64,000 bases of DNA from the human T2T-CHM13v2.0 reference genome, Homo sapiens. How positions within the stretch are numbered: the first letter of the stretch is position 1; each line of letters begins with the position of its first letter. A program made the translations under genes and the position numbers. The DNA is taken from NCBI RefSeq assembly GCF_009914755.1, contig NC_060933.1; one strand, 5' to 3'. Under the pieces are notes generated by a model. The model was not told where the DNA came from, did no database searches, and was given only the letters and a program-made list of their open reading frames with translations. Shown piece after piece: positions 1-13,600 of the stretch.

Positions 1-877
1 TAGAACTGAGTCTGGTGAGAAAGACAAGTGCACAAACATGTAATACTAATAACATCTGCTATACGTATTCTACCATAAGAATAAAATGAAGGGAAGAATT
101 AATTCTGCTTCAAAAGCAGAGAAAGCAGTTTTGTCTTGAATGATGAATAGCCATCTGCCAGGAAGTCAAGAAAAGCAGGAGAAACTACATGGGGTATTAA
201 AAATACTTGGTTCCATATTATGTTTAATGAGTAAGGAAGGAAGAGAGAATGACTGAAAATGAAGTTCAGTACATTTAGAATTTTTTTATTCAAGTGTAAA
301 AAACTTATACTCATTTAAATTGAGATGATTTATAATTTTATGAATAAATTATTTTATAGTTTTGGAGATATAATACAAATATAAGCTAGAGCTTTTTTGT
401 TAAAGAACATAAAAATATTTCTGATTAACTTATTTATAAAATAAATTTGAAGGCAACTGGGTAGCTAAAAAAAAAAAAACTAAAGAGAATCATAAGATCT
501 AAGAAAGGGCAGGCTGAAAACTTGTGTAGAAGGAAGTAATGTACATTTTCTTCAATATGTTTTCATTAGAATATCCCAGTTTCAAATAAGTTATATTGTT
601 GTGTCTTTCTTGTAAAGTTTAACTTTCATGGGAGAAAGTGCCCAGTTGAATTAGCTTGGGTCATAGACTCACAATTTGACCAGGTAGAAACAGGGGCAGC
701 CCACATGAGTCTGGGCAGGGTAGTTTTCCAAAAGACATTATTACCAAAAAAGGTTGGAAATAAAAATATACTTGGAAAAACAACACTTATTCACCCACTG
801 CATTCCTTGGCTTCTCAACATAAACACAAAATCATTTTGTTTTATTTTAACAACTTACTTAGCATCCTTTCTATTTT

Positions 878-948
878 ATATATACATATGTGTATATATT
901 TCATATTACTATATACTATTGTACTATCATGTCATATATGACAAATAT

Positions 949-987
<39 letters not shown>
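878..987. repeat. AT-rich low complexity ending in a (TA)n microsatellite
   Basis: Pure (TA)n at ~956-987, preceded by degenerate TA/CA repeats. Confidence 0.9.
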
Positions 988-989
<2 letters not shown>

Positions 990-1074
990 TCCTTCCCTCC
1001 CCAAAAGTCCGTCAACCCAAACTCCAAGTTTCTGCAGAAGCTTCACGATCTGTAAATGATGTGAATTCTTTTTG

Positions 1075-1643
1075 TTCTTTTTTAAAAAAATAATATTTTT
1101 AAGTTCTGGGGTACATGTGCAGGATGTGCAGATTTGTTACATAGGTCAACACGTGCCATGGTGGTTTGCTGCATCTGTCAACACATCATCTAGGTATTAT
1201 GTGGAAGATTGTATGGCGATTCCTTAAAGATCCAGGACCAGAAATACCATTTGACCCAGCAATCCCATTACTGGGTATATAGCCAAAGGAATATACATCA
1301 TTCTATTACAAGCATACATGCACGTGAATGTTCATCGCAGCACTATTCACAATAGCCACGACATGGAATCAACCCAAATGCCCATCAATGACAGACTGGA
1401 TAAAGAAACTGTGTACATAATCATCATGGAATACCATGCAGACATAAAAAGGAACGAGATCATGTCCTTTGCAGGGACATGGGTGGAGCTGGAAGCCATT
1501 ATCCTCAGCAAACTAACACAGGAACAGAAAACCAAACACCACATACTCTCACTTATAAGTAGGAGCTGAAGAATGAGAACACATGGACACAGAGAGAGGA
1601 ACATCACACACTGGGGTCTGTTGGGGAGTGGGTGGGGAGAGGG
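1075..1643 (-). mobile_element. Short 5'-inverted L1PA (L1PA8-13-like) insertion
   Basis: ~1090-1200 is the reverse complement of the L1 3' end (ttttaagttctggggtacatgtgcagg...); 1201-1643 is the upstream ORF2-end/3'UTR in + orientation (EIMSFAGTWVELEAIILSKL); short candidate TSD gttcttt. Confidence 0.85.
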
Positions 1644-2598
1644 TTCTTTATAGATATCTTACAGCAACATGTGTCTACAATCAGTGTTTCCTTTATTAGC
1701 AGTATAAAGAGGAAATATACACTAATTTTAGTAGAACCTGATAAGGAAACACCATAATACTTCCACAATTGTACAAATCTATAACTTGTATTTACAGTAT
1801 TCCTGCCCTTACTTTCCTCTTCCTCGTGTCTAATAACTTAGCTGTTTGAAATACTTTGCCTAAAACTATTTGAAAAAACTTGAAATAATCCAGCCTAAAT
1901 AACACTTTAGAATTTACAATCTTTTAAAATTTACAACTGCTATGTTAGTTTAAAATAGCATACCCCCAATCTTACATTTTTCTTTACTTTCTTTGTCTAA
2001 CAGAAAAGCTATTTACCAGCAATTCAAATTATTTTTTGTCTATGGATCTGGTACCATGAAATGCCTAAAATGGCCCCATAGCATTATCAACTTCCAATGT
2101 AATGTAACCATGTTTGTTTGCTCTATTGGAAGCCGACTCTAGAGTGGCAAAGATGGGATTTACTTTAGAGAAGAACAAGGAATGTACTTTACAGTCACCA
2201 TTCCCACGTTCCCATATCCATTTCTTGGCTCCTGGTCTTATATAATCTGGCTTTAAGAGAAACAGCACCATACAGATAAATGGTTTAGAAAATACAGCAT
2301 ATCCTCCATAACAGTACCCAGACCAAAAGGTGTTGATAACAGTGTCTGGTATCACACCATCATTTGTTAAACTTTTATAAGAGTCTAGTAGCACATCAAG
2401 AGATATTTCTCTGAGGTTAACTACGAAAAGGATGGCTTTTCTTTCTCAACGTGGGATCCTACTCTCCAACTGTGAGAGCAACGCTTCTCAAAGACTATCT
2501 CCAGTTGGCCATAGACACTTTGAGAATCACTGCCTCCGTCGTGTCTTCAGACTAGTTGAAAAACCATCAGCAATGTAACCTGATATTGCTTTGTCTAA

Positions 2599-2966
<368 letters not shown>

Positions 2967-3234
2967 CATTTCACTTACTACAGAGGTCATATCTTGATCA
3001 GCCTACCGAACATTCAAACTCCAGAAATTTTCCTGAAATAAAATACTTATAAGACCTTCTGTTTTGCTGGGTTGTCTCCCACCCTATAATACTCTTGTTT
3101 GTACACATCTATATGTAACATAAAATACTCCTCTAGGATTAACATCATAATATTCTCATTGTTATATGATGGTCACTGTAAGAGTAAGGCCACACTAGGA
3201 ATGAAATTGTGATACAGAGCAAGGATACAGGAGC

Positions 3235-3662
3235 GTGAGAGGCTGACAGCTCCAAAATACATCCACACTGTAATCCCTATAACCTGGAAATACATTTTTT
3301 ACATACAAAAAAGTCTTTGCAGAGATGATTAAGTTCAGGATTTTGAGATGGAGAGATTACCCTATATTAACCCAGTGCCCAGAAGGTCATCACTAGGGTG
3401 CTTATAAGAGGATACCAGGAATTTCAGAGTCAGACTGAAGATATGATGAGGGAAGCAGAGGTTGGAATGATACATTGCCACTAGCTAAGGAATTCAGACA
3501 GCCTTTAGAATGTGGTAAAGACAAAGGAAATGATTTTCTTCAGAAAGAATGTAGCCTTGCTTATCCATTTTAGACTTGACATCCGGGACTTTAATACTTT
3601 TTTTTGTTTTAAACCACCACATTTGTGGTAATTTATTAAAGTAGCAGTAGAAAACTAATACA
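3235..3662 (+). mobile_element. MLT1 (C/D-like) MaLR solo LTR inserted in the ERV-L pol
   Basis: ctttgcagagatgattaagttcaggattttgagatggagagattacc...tgtggtaatttattaaagtagcagtagaaaactaataca. Confidence 0.8.
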
Positions 3663-6644
3663 AAGAGTAAAAGGATACTGTTGGTTTTACTGGGAAAAAT
3701 TAAGTTATTAAATAGCCAATACCAATAACAAGGAGCTGTCTTAGTTTATCCCAGTAAGGCAACAGCATTAGCGATAGTGGATATAGTTGGAGCATTCTTT
3801 ATTAAGTTTCTAGAATCCAATAATTTTTCTAAGATTAGAAATTTTTCAAGACAAATGAAAGATTTGTATATAGATGATTTGGAGGTATTCACCCTGATGT
3901 ACTTTTTAGGTCTTTTATGGTGGCTCTGATATCTTCAAATAACCCAAGAATGCGTTGTTGCTTTTGTAGGAAGAGGTGTCTCCAGTGGCTTCCTCCTGAC
4001 CATTCCCTCAATAATAATTCTTACTATATCGTCAATGGAGGATTCTGCCATTTCCTGATAATTTGTATTTAGATTATTACTCTCAGGAAAATGAGAAAAA
4101 CAGAACAAAACGAAACACAGATCGGTTTGGGGTCAGAATCAGGCATTCTCTATCTGCTGAACCCCATTAGCCAGTACCACTTTTACCTGCAGGCCACAGT
4201 GATATTCTGGACCTTTATGTACCCAGTGTTCTCTGAAAGTTTCAGGTATTTCTCTTTATCCAGTATAAGGTTGTTATGGATATTGATACAGGTTTCTTTA
4301 CAGAGGGCTAACAAAGGATTCAAAGTATATATTTCTGGATGTAAAGTATGTATAGTTTTCTTTTTCTTCAAGAGACAATAATTTTATTTCTAGTAGTCTA
4401 CTGGCTCTTTGTCACAGATGTATGCAGATCTTAACCTTCCATGTGATCTGGTTATCTTTCAATCTATCGTGTTCAAAATGAAAACTACAGTGAGTAAATG
4501 GATACACATAAAAGATTCCATCCAGTCTTCCAGCATCTCAAAGTTTGTGACAATACCTCCTCTAAACATGAAGAGAGATTTTTGGTCTTCCAATGTCAGT
4601 TAGCAAATTGGATCCAGATTTGCTTTATCTAAACCAGATCAGCAGCTGGCTACTTGAACTAGCTCACTGAATGCAAGAACTCTTCTGAGAGTAACTACTG
4701 TGATAAATCCAGTCTGATCCAAAATCATAATCCCCAGACCCCTCCTTGACTAAGCATTCTCAAAATCCAATCTTACAAATAATTTCCGGGCTTTAAGTAT
4801 AGAAATTAACAAATTCCCATAAATCCTTCTGGGACTATTAGCTTCACTATTTGAATTCTGTATTTCAGTATCTGTATATATTCCTGATTTTGGCTACAAC
4901 GTTCTCCATACAAAGATTATTTGATGTCTCTTGCAAGAGAAGATGGATTCTTTCTATAAGGGGATATATCACAAGGATTTGAGGGATCAGAGTTCTCCAA
5001 CTGATCTTATTTTCCCATATATTGCACTCTAATGCTTCCAATTGTTGGGGCTATATTAGTTCTAGAGCTGTGCCTGAACTTTACATGAGAGAGCTAAAAA
5101 GGTTGTAAATTTGACTGACTTAATTCAGCACAGTACAAAATTAATCTCTGAAGTTGTTTTTTTCAGTGATCTTAGCCCTAAAACTATAAGACAGAAGAGG
5201 TTCTTTCAACACAGTCACAGAAAGACCCTGAGTTTCAGTCCATGCCTTGAGGCAAGAATTTTAAGATTTGAGCTTGTCATTCATTTGCTTTGCTTTTAAA
5301 ATATCTAATACTGTCAGAAACAACTCTCCTTACCCATGCTTGCAGAATTATTCAACTTCTCTAAGCTTTTCTGACAGCAGTTAGTAACCCAACGCTGTGC
5401 TTTTGTTGGACGCATGGTTCCAGGTGACCACAGGGAAATACTTAATTAGTTATTTCACTGCTGATTACCTTGGGGCAGTTAATTTTCATTTCTGGAATGC
5501 TAATGGGAATCTCAAAAGTCATTTCTTGCATTTCAATGCCATAAACCATTATAAATACCCCAAATTTCACTGAGGATCTGTTGTTTGAATTTCATTCTGA
5601 GTTTTCATATCAGTAATTTTGAATACTTCCTCTAGATAAATTTACTATGGGTAACTTAAACTTTCATAATCAAAGATAAAATTAAAGAAATACATTTAAG
5701 AAAGATAAGTACCAGGAAAGCTCATATGATTTATGTAGAGGGCACTAACTGGCAGTCTCTTTGCTTTATAGACATTAAGATGATATAATTCCAACAGTTT
5801 TTTATTATTGGGTAGCTTTCCTTAAAATTCAAATATGTCAATGTGCTTTGTCTAGTTTGTGTCATTGCTTGCCACCATGACTAGGTGTTGATGGTGGGGG
5901 CTGACATCTTGATTTATAATACCAGCAAGGGGAAAGCAGTGTGCTATGAAGAGTGAATAGAAAGAAAGGGATGCTGATCAGGCAAAAATCAATAAATATT
6001 CAATGAAGTTTTGGATATGTGAGCTAATTTTTGAAATTTTAAATACAGCTTAAAATAGCTCTTAGATATAAACTCCATTTAAATAATGGAAGAATCATTA
6101 TTTCTTCTATTGATATTAGCTTTTACACAGACATATAAATGCTAAAAGCTTCCCCAGGATGCCATCTAATAAATAGCCTACAACTGGTAGATACCTTATT
6201 TAAATTTTTCTCATATCACATAAATATCACATTTATTTATATATGTGAGAATCTATTTATAATTTAATTGTAGTACATGCAAAATGAATAACTTCATTTA
6301 CATGTTCCAAATTAGAGTGAACAAAACCTCCATTCTGGATAGTTAAAATCTAAAATGAATATGAAAGCAATGTATTACTTAAAAAAAAGAAGAAATAATC
6401 TGGAAACTAAAGATTAGAACTACTATCGGGCTTCTTCACTTCTCAAAACTTGTATAAATCTTTGAAACTCATTTTTAAGTTTACATTAAATAATTACTTT
6501 CAAATATGGCCAAACCAAGACTAATCTCCTATCCACTGGTTAAAGATTGATACCTCCTTAGTGAGAAGGGGCTAGAAAGTAATATCAGAAAGTAAACTTT
6601 CTCCGATTATTTGGTGTGTACAATGCAATGATTAAGTATGTAGG

Positions 6645-6830
6645 CCAAGTCAGGCTGAATGGGATCAAACCCTGACTCCATCGTTTGCTGGCTTTATGAT
6701 TTTAGGAGACAATACACCTTTAAATTTCAGTTTTAATTTGTAAGGTGCCAATTATGATACTGCATATAACAATTTTGAGGGTTAAATAAACTAATATACT
6801 TAACATAGATATTATGTTAAATATGCTCAA
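6645..6830 (+). mobile_element. MIR fragment
   Basis: Degenerate MIR core: caaaccctgactcc...tttcagttttaatttgtaagg...tgagggttaaataa. Confidence 0.45.
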
Positions 6831-7291
6831 AACATGCAGATGATCTATCCATTTATGTTTACATGTGTATATGTAGCTAGCTGGATATATAACCAGATGT
6901 GTGTTCTATACCATCATTCTAACACATGTTATCCTTTAGTCTAAATATAATTAATAAAATTACATAAGGACTGAATAATTTAAAAGAAAAATCTCAATGT
7001 CTTCCTAGCTTTTCTATGACTTCTCAATTAACTAGGGATGGAAAGAACCAGATCAGCAATTTTCAACAGTGTAGGGAATTTTTAAATAAATTTTTCTTTC
7101 TTCTTTTATGGTTTCTCTTATTAATCTGTCAACAGATGCATACATTGGTATTGAGCCAGGTCTGTGAAGCAGAAGAAGAATTTACCCTCTATCCTCCAGA
7201 AGTTTTCTGTGATTCTGATAAACAATTGTTATTTCTTTTTTCCCTCCCAGGTAAAGAACTGGAGGACCAATAGGAATTGAGAAACTCAACT

Positions 7292-7890
7292 ATCATGGAA
7301 GACAGTATGGCAATTCCTCAAAGATCTAGAGGCAGAAATACCATTTGACCTAGCAATTCCATTACTGGGTATATAACCAAAAGGAATATAAATAATTCTG
7401 TTATAAAGATACATGCACACTTATGTTCATTGCAGCACTATTCACAATAGCAAAGACATGGAATCAACCTAAACGCCCATCAATGATAGACTGCATAAAG
7501 AAAATGTGGCACATATACACCATGGAATACTATGCAGCCATAAAAAGGAATGAGATCATGTCCTTTGCAGGGACATGGGTGGAGCTGGAAGCCATTATCC
7601 TCAGCAAGCTAATGCAGGAACAGAAAACCAAACACTGCATGTTCTCACTTATACCTGGGAGCTGAATGATGAGAACACATGGACACACGGGGGGAACAAC
7701 ACACACTGGGGTCAGCTGGGGAGGTGGGGGGATGGAGAGGATCAAGAAGAATAGCTAATGAATTCTGGGCTTAATACCTAGGTGATGGGGTGATCTGTGT
7801 AGCAAACTACCAAGGCACATGTTTATCTATGTAACAAATCTGCACATCCTGCACATGCACCCATGAACTTAAAAGTTAAAGATAAAAAAA
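7292..7890 (+). mobile_element. L1PA 3' fragment (L1PA8-10-like)
   Basis: ORF2 C-terminus MFIAALFTIAKTWNQPKRPS, G-rich tract, 3' end gcacatgcacccatgaacttaaaagttaaa plus A tail. Confidence 0.92.
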
Positions 7891-8234
7891 TCAGCACAGT
7901 AGAGACCAAACACATACAGACATGGTATTCAGATTTTTTATTTATCTTTCCATGTACCCAGTGACAATTTGATTAGTTTCCACTGGCATGCTGAATTTTC
8001 GGACAAAGTAATATAAAAAGTCGCACACAAGGACCATCCTCCTGAAAAAAAAAGAATTAAATGAAAAAATGTCCAGCATTTGAAGATAAGTGGGTTATAA
8101 TTCACCAACAAGTTTAAAAGATTAAACTTAAATTCTAACTTGTTTTGAAACTACCAAATACAAGACTAGAAACAATCAGATGATATATAAAGAAGTAGCT
8201 ACCTTTAGTAATTCATCTAACATTTGAGTCACTT

Positions 8235-8670
8235 GGGATGCTTTTTTGGCTAGTAATAGAAAACCCAACTGAAAATTGATTAAACCATAAGCACTATTAT
8301 GACTCAGGACATTAGAAGGCAGGTAATCCAAAAGTTCCTTCAGTAACTAGAGAATGACAGCAGGGACCCAATGTTTTCTGATTCTTTTGTTTAATCTTAT
8401 TCTGTTTGATGCAATGTCTCTCTAAGCACCACATGTTCACGGGGCAATGTAGCAAAGCAGGAAAAAAATGGGCTTGGAAACTGCAGGTAAAGATCTTTGC
8501 CCTGCAGCTCCAGAAGATTTCCTTTGTGGTTCACTGGCCACGTCTAGGCCATGTTCTTAGTTAAGAAAGAGGTTGGGAAAGCTGACACTTTTAATCTCTA
8601 TTGTGGGAGACATACATGGAAAAAAATTATTTGGGAATGGCTGTGTAGTAGATAATCACAGCACTACCAC
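8235..8670 (-). mobile_element. Old MaLR LTR (MLT1K/L-like), degenerate
   Basis: tttggctagtaatagaaaacccaactgaaa... and cactggcca...ggccatg...gaggttgggaaa motifs. Confidence 0.4.
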
Positions 8671-8721
8671 AAATGTATTTTGTATGGCATTTCCTGATAG
8701 AAAAAAATTCTGACAGAAGAC

Positions 8722-9142
8722 TGTATTAGGCAGCTTGGGCTTCCACACCCAAGTAGGACAGACTAAGTGTCTTAACGAAAAGAAATTTTGTCACAGTCTT
8801 GGAAGCTAGAGGTCCAAGATCAAGTTTCTACTGATGAGGCTTCTAGTGAGAGTTCTCTTCTTGGCTCACAAATGATAGCCTTCTTGCTATGCTTTCACAC
8901 CTTTTCAAGGTGCAAGGGGCAGGTGGGTGGGGGGAGGGGGCATGGGGAGAATGAGCTCTCTGGTTTTTTTTATGTGGATTTGAATCCTCTCAGATCAGGG
9001 CTTTGCCGCCTTAGGATTTTGATTACATTTAATTACTCCCTTAGAGGCCCCATCTCCCGATAGAGCCACATTAGCATTTAGGGTTTTATAAGCATTTTAA
9101 AACCATAAAACTTAGAGGGATACAAACATTTAGTCCCTAACA
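8722..9142 (-). mobile_element. MLT1A-like MaLR LTR
   Basis: tgtattagg...cacagtcttggaagctagaggtccaagatcaag...gggatacaaacatttagtccctaaca. Confidence 0.8.
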
Positions 9143-9289
9143 AAGACCTTGTGTCACTTCATTCATTGAAGTCAAATATTTTGAAATATGATAAAAAATA
9201 GGCTGTAAATGAATAAACAAATGGGGTCTATTAATTCACTCATTCATTTTTATTTACCAAGTATGTCTTGAAGGGCTTCCTCTCCTCTC

Positions 9290-9638
9290 CTCCCTTTCTC
9301 TTTTCTTTCTGTCTTTCTTGCTTGCTTTTTCTTCTTTTTTTTTTTCCCTCCCCCGAGACAGGATCTTGATTTGTCACCCAAGGTAGAGTGCAGTGGTATT
9401 ATCATAGCTAACTGTAACCTCAAATTTCTGGGCTCAAGCAATCCTCCCCAGCCTCAGCCTCTCCAGTAGTTAGGACTACAGGCTTGCAACCACCATGCCC
9501 AGCTAATTTTTTTTTTTAATCTTTTAGAGACAGGGTCTATGTTGCCCAAGCTAGTCTGAAACTCCTGGCCTCAGGCCATTTTTCTGTTTCAGCTTCCCAG
9601 GTCACTGAGATTACAGGTGTGAGCCACCATGCCCAGCC
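9290..9638 (-). mobile_element. AluJ with pyrimidine-rich tail
   Basis: gagacaggatcttg...atcatagctaactgtaacctcaaatttctgggctcaagcaatcc...gtgagccaccatgcccagcc. Confidence 0.9.
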
Positions 9639-9979
9639 TGAATGCCCTCTTATAGTCAAGAAATTGTGCTGAGTTCCGAGACTACAAAGATGATTACAAT
9701 CTAGTTGTTTTCTTAAAGAAACCTATAGACTCACACAGTAGAGTGAAATGTAAACCAATTAAAATGATAATAAAAATGCCATAATAGTTTTGATATAAGC
9801 ATGCCCACCAAGTTAATAAAACAAGGAAAAATACATCAAACAATTTGACCACAGTCAGGAAGTCTTCATAGATAAAAACAAGGGACAGAAACAAACCTAA
9901 AACCAAACACATGGAAATTACATAAGTTTTACAAAATAAACAGCTATACTATTTATAGTAGAGTAAATAAGTTGTAGCA

Positions 9980-10400
9980 AGTAAGATGGCTGGGGAGATT
10001 TATATTTCTTAGGTATGACAGAACAAATGAAATCTAGACTGACACTCAGGTTTCAAATTTGGATAAACTGGCCAGATGATAGTAGTTCTACTCAAGATTG
10101 GGAGAATCTATTTCATGTGGAATGGAGGAAGACATCTGTATTCTCCTTGATATATGAGTTTGAAACACATCCAAGTGAAGATTACAGTAGGCATTTAATA
10201 TAAGTGTGGAAAATAGTTTTGAATAAAAAAATTTCTTAGAATTAGGCTTACGTGACTAATAAAATGACAAGCACAAAAGACTTCTCTCAGGGAAAGAACA
10301 TGACATAAGAAAAGAAAAGAGCAGGATCCCATGGAACTGCAATATTAAGAAGTTGGTGGAGGAAAGTTGTGAAGGAGACTGAAAGGTAGCCTAGAAAAAA
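9980..10400 (-). mobile_element. L2 fragments
   Basis: gagtttgaaacacatccaagtgaagattacagtaggca and similar L2-like motifs, highly diverged. Confidence 0.45.
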
Positions 10401-10911
10401 CAGATTTTTTATTTAACTGAGCAATATTTTGAGTAATGACAGACAACTGGACTTGACTTAGAGCTGTATCTGTTGACCAAGTCAGAAATTATGGCTTTCA
10501 CATATTTGTTACTATTTGGCCTTCTGTAGGACCTGCTAGTAGATAACACACAGGTTTTGCTTTATAAACACAAACACAAAGTTGTGTTAGAGGCTTTTAA
10601 AAAATGTGCAAACGTGCTCTATAGCCACTGAAGTGTACTACCCCTGTCTTCCAACTTAATCCTTAAGTAAAACATCAGCATCAATTATTACTATCATGAA
10701 AAACAACATATATGGCCCTCTCAACAGAGAGTTTGGGCTGATTTTGTTTAAGTACCAGGCACTAATTCCAAGAGAGATTTTAAGTTCATTTTCTTTAGAC
10801 ATTTGAAGAATTCAGCGTAACCTTGCCCATAAACAACATTAAGAGGCATCCGTTAGATTACATAAAATAACTGTAATAATGATAGCTTGTTGAATTAAAA
10901 CTATGTTAATA

Positions 10912-11260
10912 CTGTCATCTGTCACTATGACTCTACCCATAAGGGATTGGTCTCAGGACCCTCCGTAGATAACAAAATCAATGATCAGGTGATCTAGATT
11001 CCCGATATAAAATGGCATAGTGTTTGCATATAAACTCTGCATATCCTCCCTTTTACTTTAAATCACCTCTAGATTGCTTGTAATACATTGTATTTTGTAA
11101 ATGCTATGTAAATAGGTGCTATTTTGTATTTTTTTTTTAAAAAAAGGAAAAAGTATCTGTTCATGTTCAGGACAGAGGCAATTTTTTCCCCAAATAATTT
11201 GATCAGCAATTGGTTGAATCCAAAGAGCAAAACTCATGGATATGGAAGTTCAATTATGTA
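10912..11260 (+). mobile_element. MER2 (TcMar-Tigger non-autonomous DNA transposon)
   Basis: gggattggtctcaggaccc...gatataaaatggcatagtgtttgcatata...ggttgaatcc. Confidence 0.85.
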
Positions 11261-13029
11261 TCACATGCTCCTTTCACAAAAAGGAATTGTCTCAAGCTTG
11301 CTAAACCATTTTCTCGGTTACTGCTCAGTGCATTGTGACCCTCTAAGGAAGCCTAAGCAATATCTAAAATCTCAGAAAATATTTTGGCACTGCTTAAGCA
11401 TTGCAATGCCCACTTGGTTTCCCATTCACTAACATAACTTTTGTCAAAGTTTTAATTTTGACATATTTCACCCAACAACAGTAACAGTAAAAAAAAAATT
11501 CTGCTTGTGTTTCTGCTTCCAAAGCTGAAGTCTGATTGAAAGAGAACACTTTTCTATTTTATGTCCCCACTCTCTACTAAGTAAAATTTTAAGCAAATGC
11601 AAAAATAACTTGGTGAATTCTGTCCAATTTTCCTGTGGTCTCAATTCTTTAGGGTAGAAAAACACCCCAGAATTAAACCCCCTGTTTTACATCCTCTACT
11701 CTCCTACTATTCTCTTCTTTTTCTTTTCTACTTTTACCATAACTCAGGAGGGTAGATAGATATGCGTTAGAAATAACTTGTCAAGTTTAAAGGATATTAA
11801 CTATAGTATTGTGGGGATAAAATATTAATTTTTTAGCAGAACTCTTTGTAATACAACTTTTTGAATTAGAGCAGAAGTCTCTGCAGTTTACATTTTATAA
11901 TACATTTTATGACTTGAAAGTATAGTAATAGAGATTCTTTCAGTTATACTATTAGAACATTTTTCAATTTATCATGCATTACATATGTTGCCATTTCACA
12001 GCTACTAGAGATTTATAACTAGAACATACAAAATTCTTAATAGAAATTCAGAGATATTTTTGGCAGCATGGGTGAATTTGAGAAAAAAATAAATATTTCA
12101 TATTTGAGAAAAACCTGTGTAGTTTAGGATGGTTTCCTGATTAATGTAGGTGCTTCCTTTCTAACCCATTTGTCCTTTCTGACATATCTTTTGTAGACAA
12201 CCTTGCCTGTGGATTTCAGGTGCATTAAACTCTCAACGTGTGTTCAATATTCCCCTGAATGGGGGAAGACATTTGATGTGCCCCAAATGTATTATTAAAT
12301 TCACTGTCAGAGGAATAGGTGAAGAAAACACAAAGTGTCGTATTTTCTTTTAGCACTCAGAGCTAGTGCAATACTTTGTTTTATTCTCCCATAAGGTCCC
12401 TGAATTCATAACTACTTAGGTGGGGGTTGGCAATCATGAATTGTTAACATCAAGATCTGTAGTGGTCCAAGCCTGCAAGTGTCACAGGTAATCAGAGCAC
12501 TGCCACTATCCTTCTGCCTGTAGCTTTAGGGCCCAACCTCATTTCTTTGATCTTTGGACAAATGCAACATTGACAGGGGCCAGACCACACATCTCAGGTG
12601 CAGATGGTTTGTGTAAGGTAACCATTCGCTCCAATTTAAGGAAATAAAAAAGACTTCAACCTTACTAAAATATTTAAAACCTCAAGGGATGGGTGAAAGA
12701 GAGGTCACAGTAGTCCCTGTTGTGAGTGTGCTTGCTAAACTTAACCACTAGAAGCAAATTTTATGTGGGGACAATTCCAGACTAAAGCTAGGCCAAACTT
12801 TTGGGAGTCTTCTCCTGACCGAGACTGGCAAATGTATTTCCCTCGGTTTAAGTAATGAAACCTGTATAGGAATGCATCTAGGGTCCATGTGGGTACTCAA
12901 ACACTGAAACATGAATGAAAGTTGACTCACTCTCAGTAAGTTCTATAAATTGTGGCTATAGGAAATTTCCTTCCAAAGTTTTGTTTCATTATTTTTGCTC
13001 AGGTAGTATCAGATTTCTCAAAAAGGAGT

Positions 13030-13600
13030 ACATCCCAAACTAACCCATTTTTCCTTTTAAAAAATCTGTTTCTTCTTTGGTTACTGTCTTGGTAAATGAT
13101 AACATCTATGCAATCATCCAAAACAAAAGCATAAATCACTTTACATTTTAATTCATTCAGTAACAGTCCTTTTGATTCTTGCCCTTCAACATGTTTTGTA
13201 TTCATACCCTATATTCTATCTTCTCCTGCTGCAGTTTAAGGATGCATTGTATTTTACATTGGCAATTGAAATAGTATTTTAAAATGTTGGTTGTTTTATA
13301 GTCCCATAGCTCTCCAACACTTTCTCTGCAATATCTAAAGATAACTAAATAAAATGTGAATCTGATCCCATCCCTTCTTCTCTTGCTTAAGTGTTTTAAA
13401 TATCATCATTGCTAATTAGATATAACCCACATTTATTAGCATTATGAATAGCTATATATTTTTCAGGAATTTGCTCAAGCTCTAACTTCTTTAGGAATAC
13501 ATTTTCTGTTACCTGATTCATAAGTACACCCGACACTGCTCTACCCAGAGTAAAATGTCCCAGTGCATAAGAGGTGCTCAATACTTGATGAAAAATAAAT
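13030..13600 (+). mobile_element. L2 3' fragments
   Basis: ctaaataaaatgtgaatctgatccc... and terminal cagtgcataagaggtgctcaatacttgatgaa. Confidence 0.45.

Noticed and set aside
705-1093. Three overlapping ORFs rich in Y/I
   Set aside because: Translations of the (TA)n microsatellite
2065-2394. 109-aa minus-strand ORF with faint resemblance to a viral (bornavirus-like) glycoprotein motif, RPGAKKWIW
   Set aside because: It lies within colinear ERV-L pol; the ERV-L-like residues are in another frame, so it is an off-frame by-product
7120-7260. Plus-strand pyrimidine tracts with AG, a possible exon
   Set aside because: No convincing paired donor or partner exons on that strand
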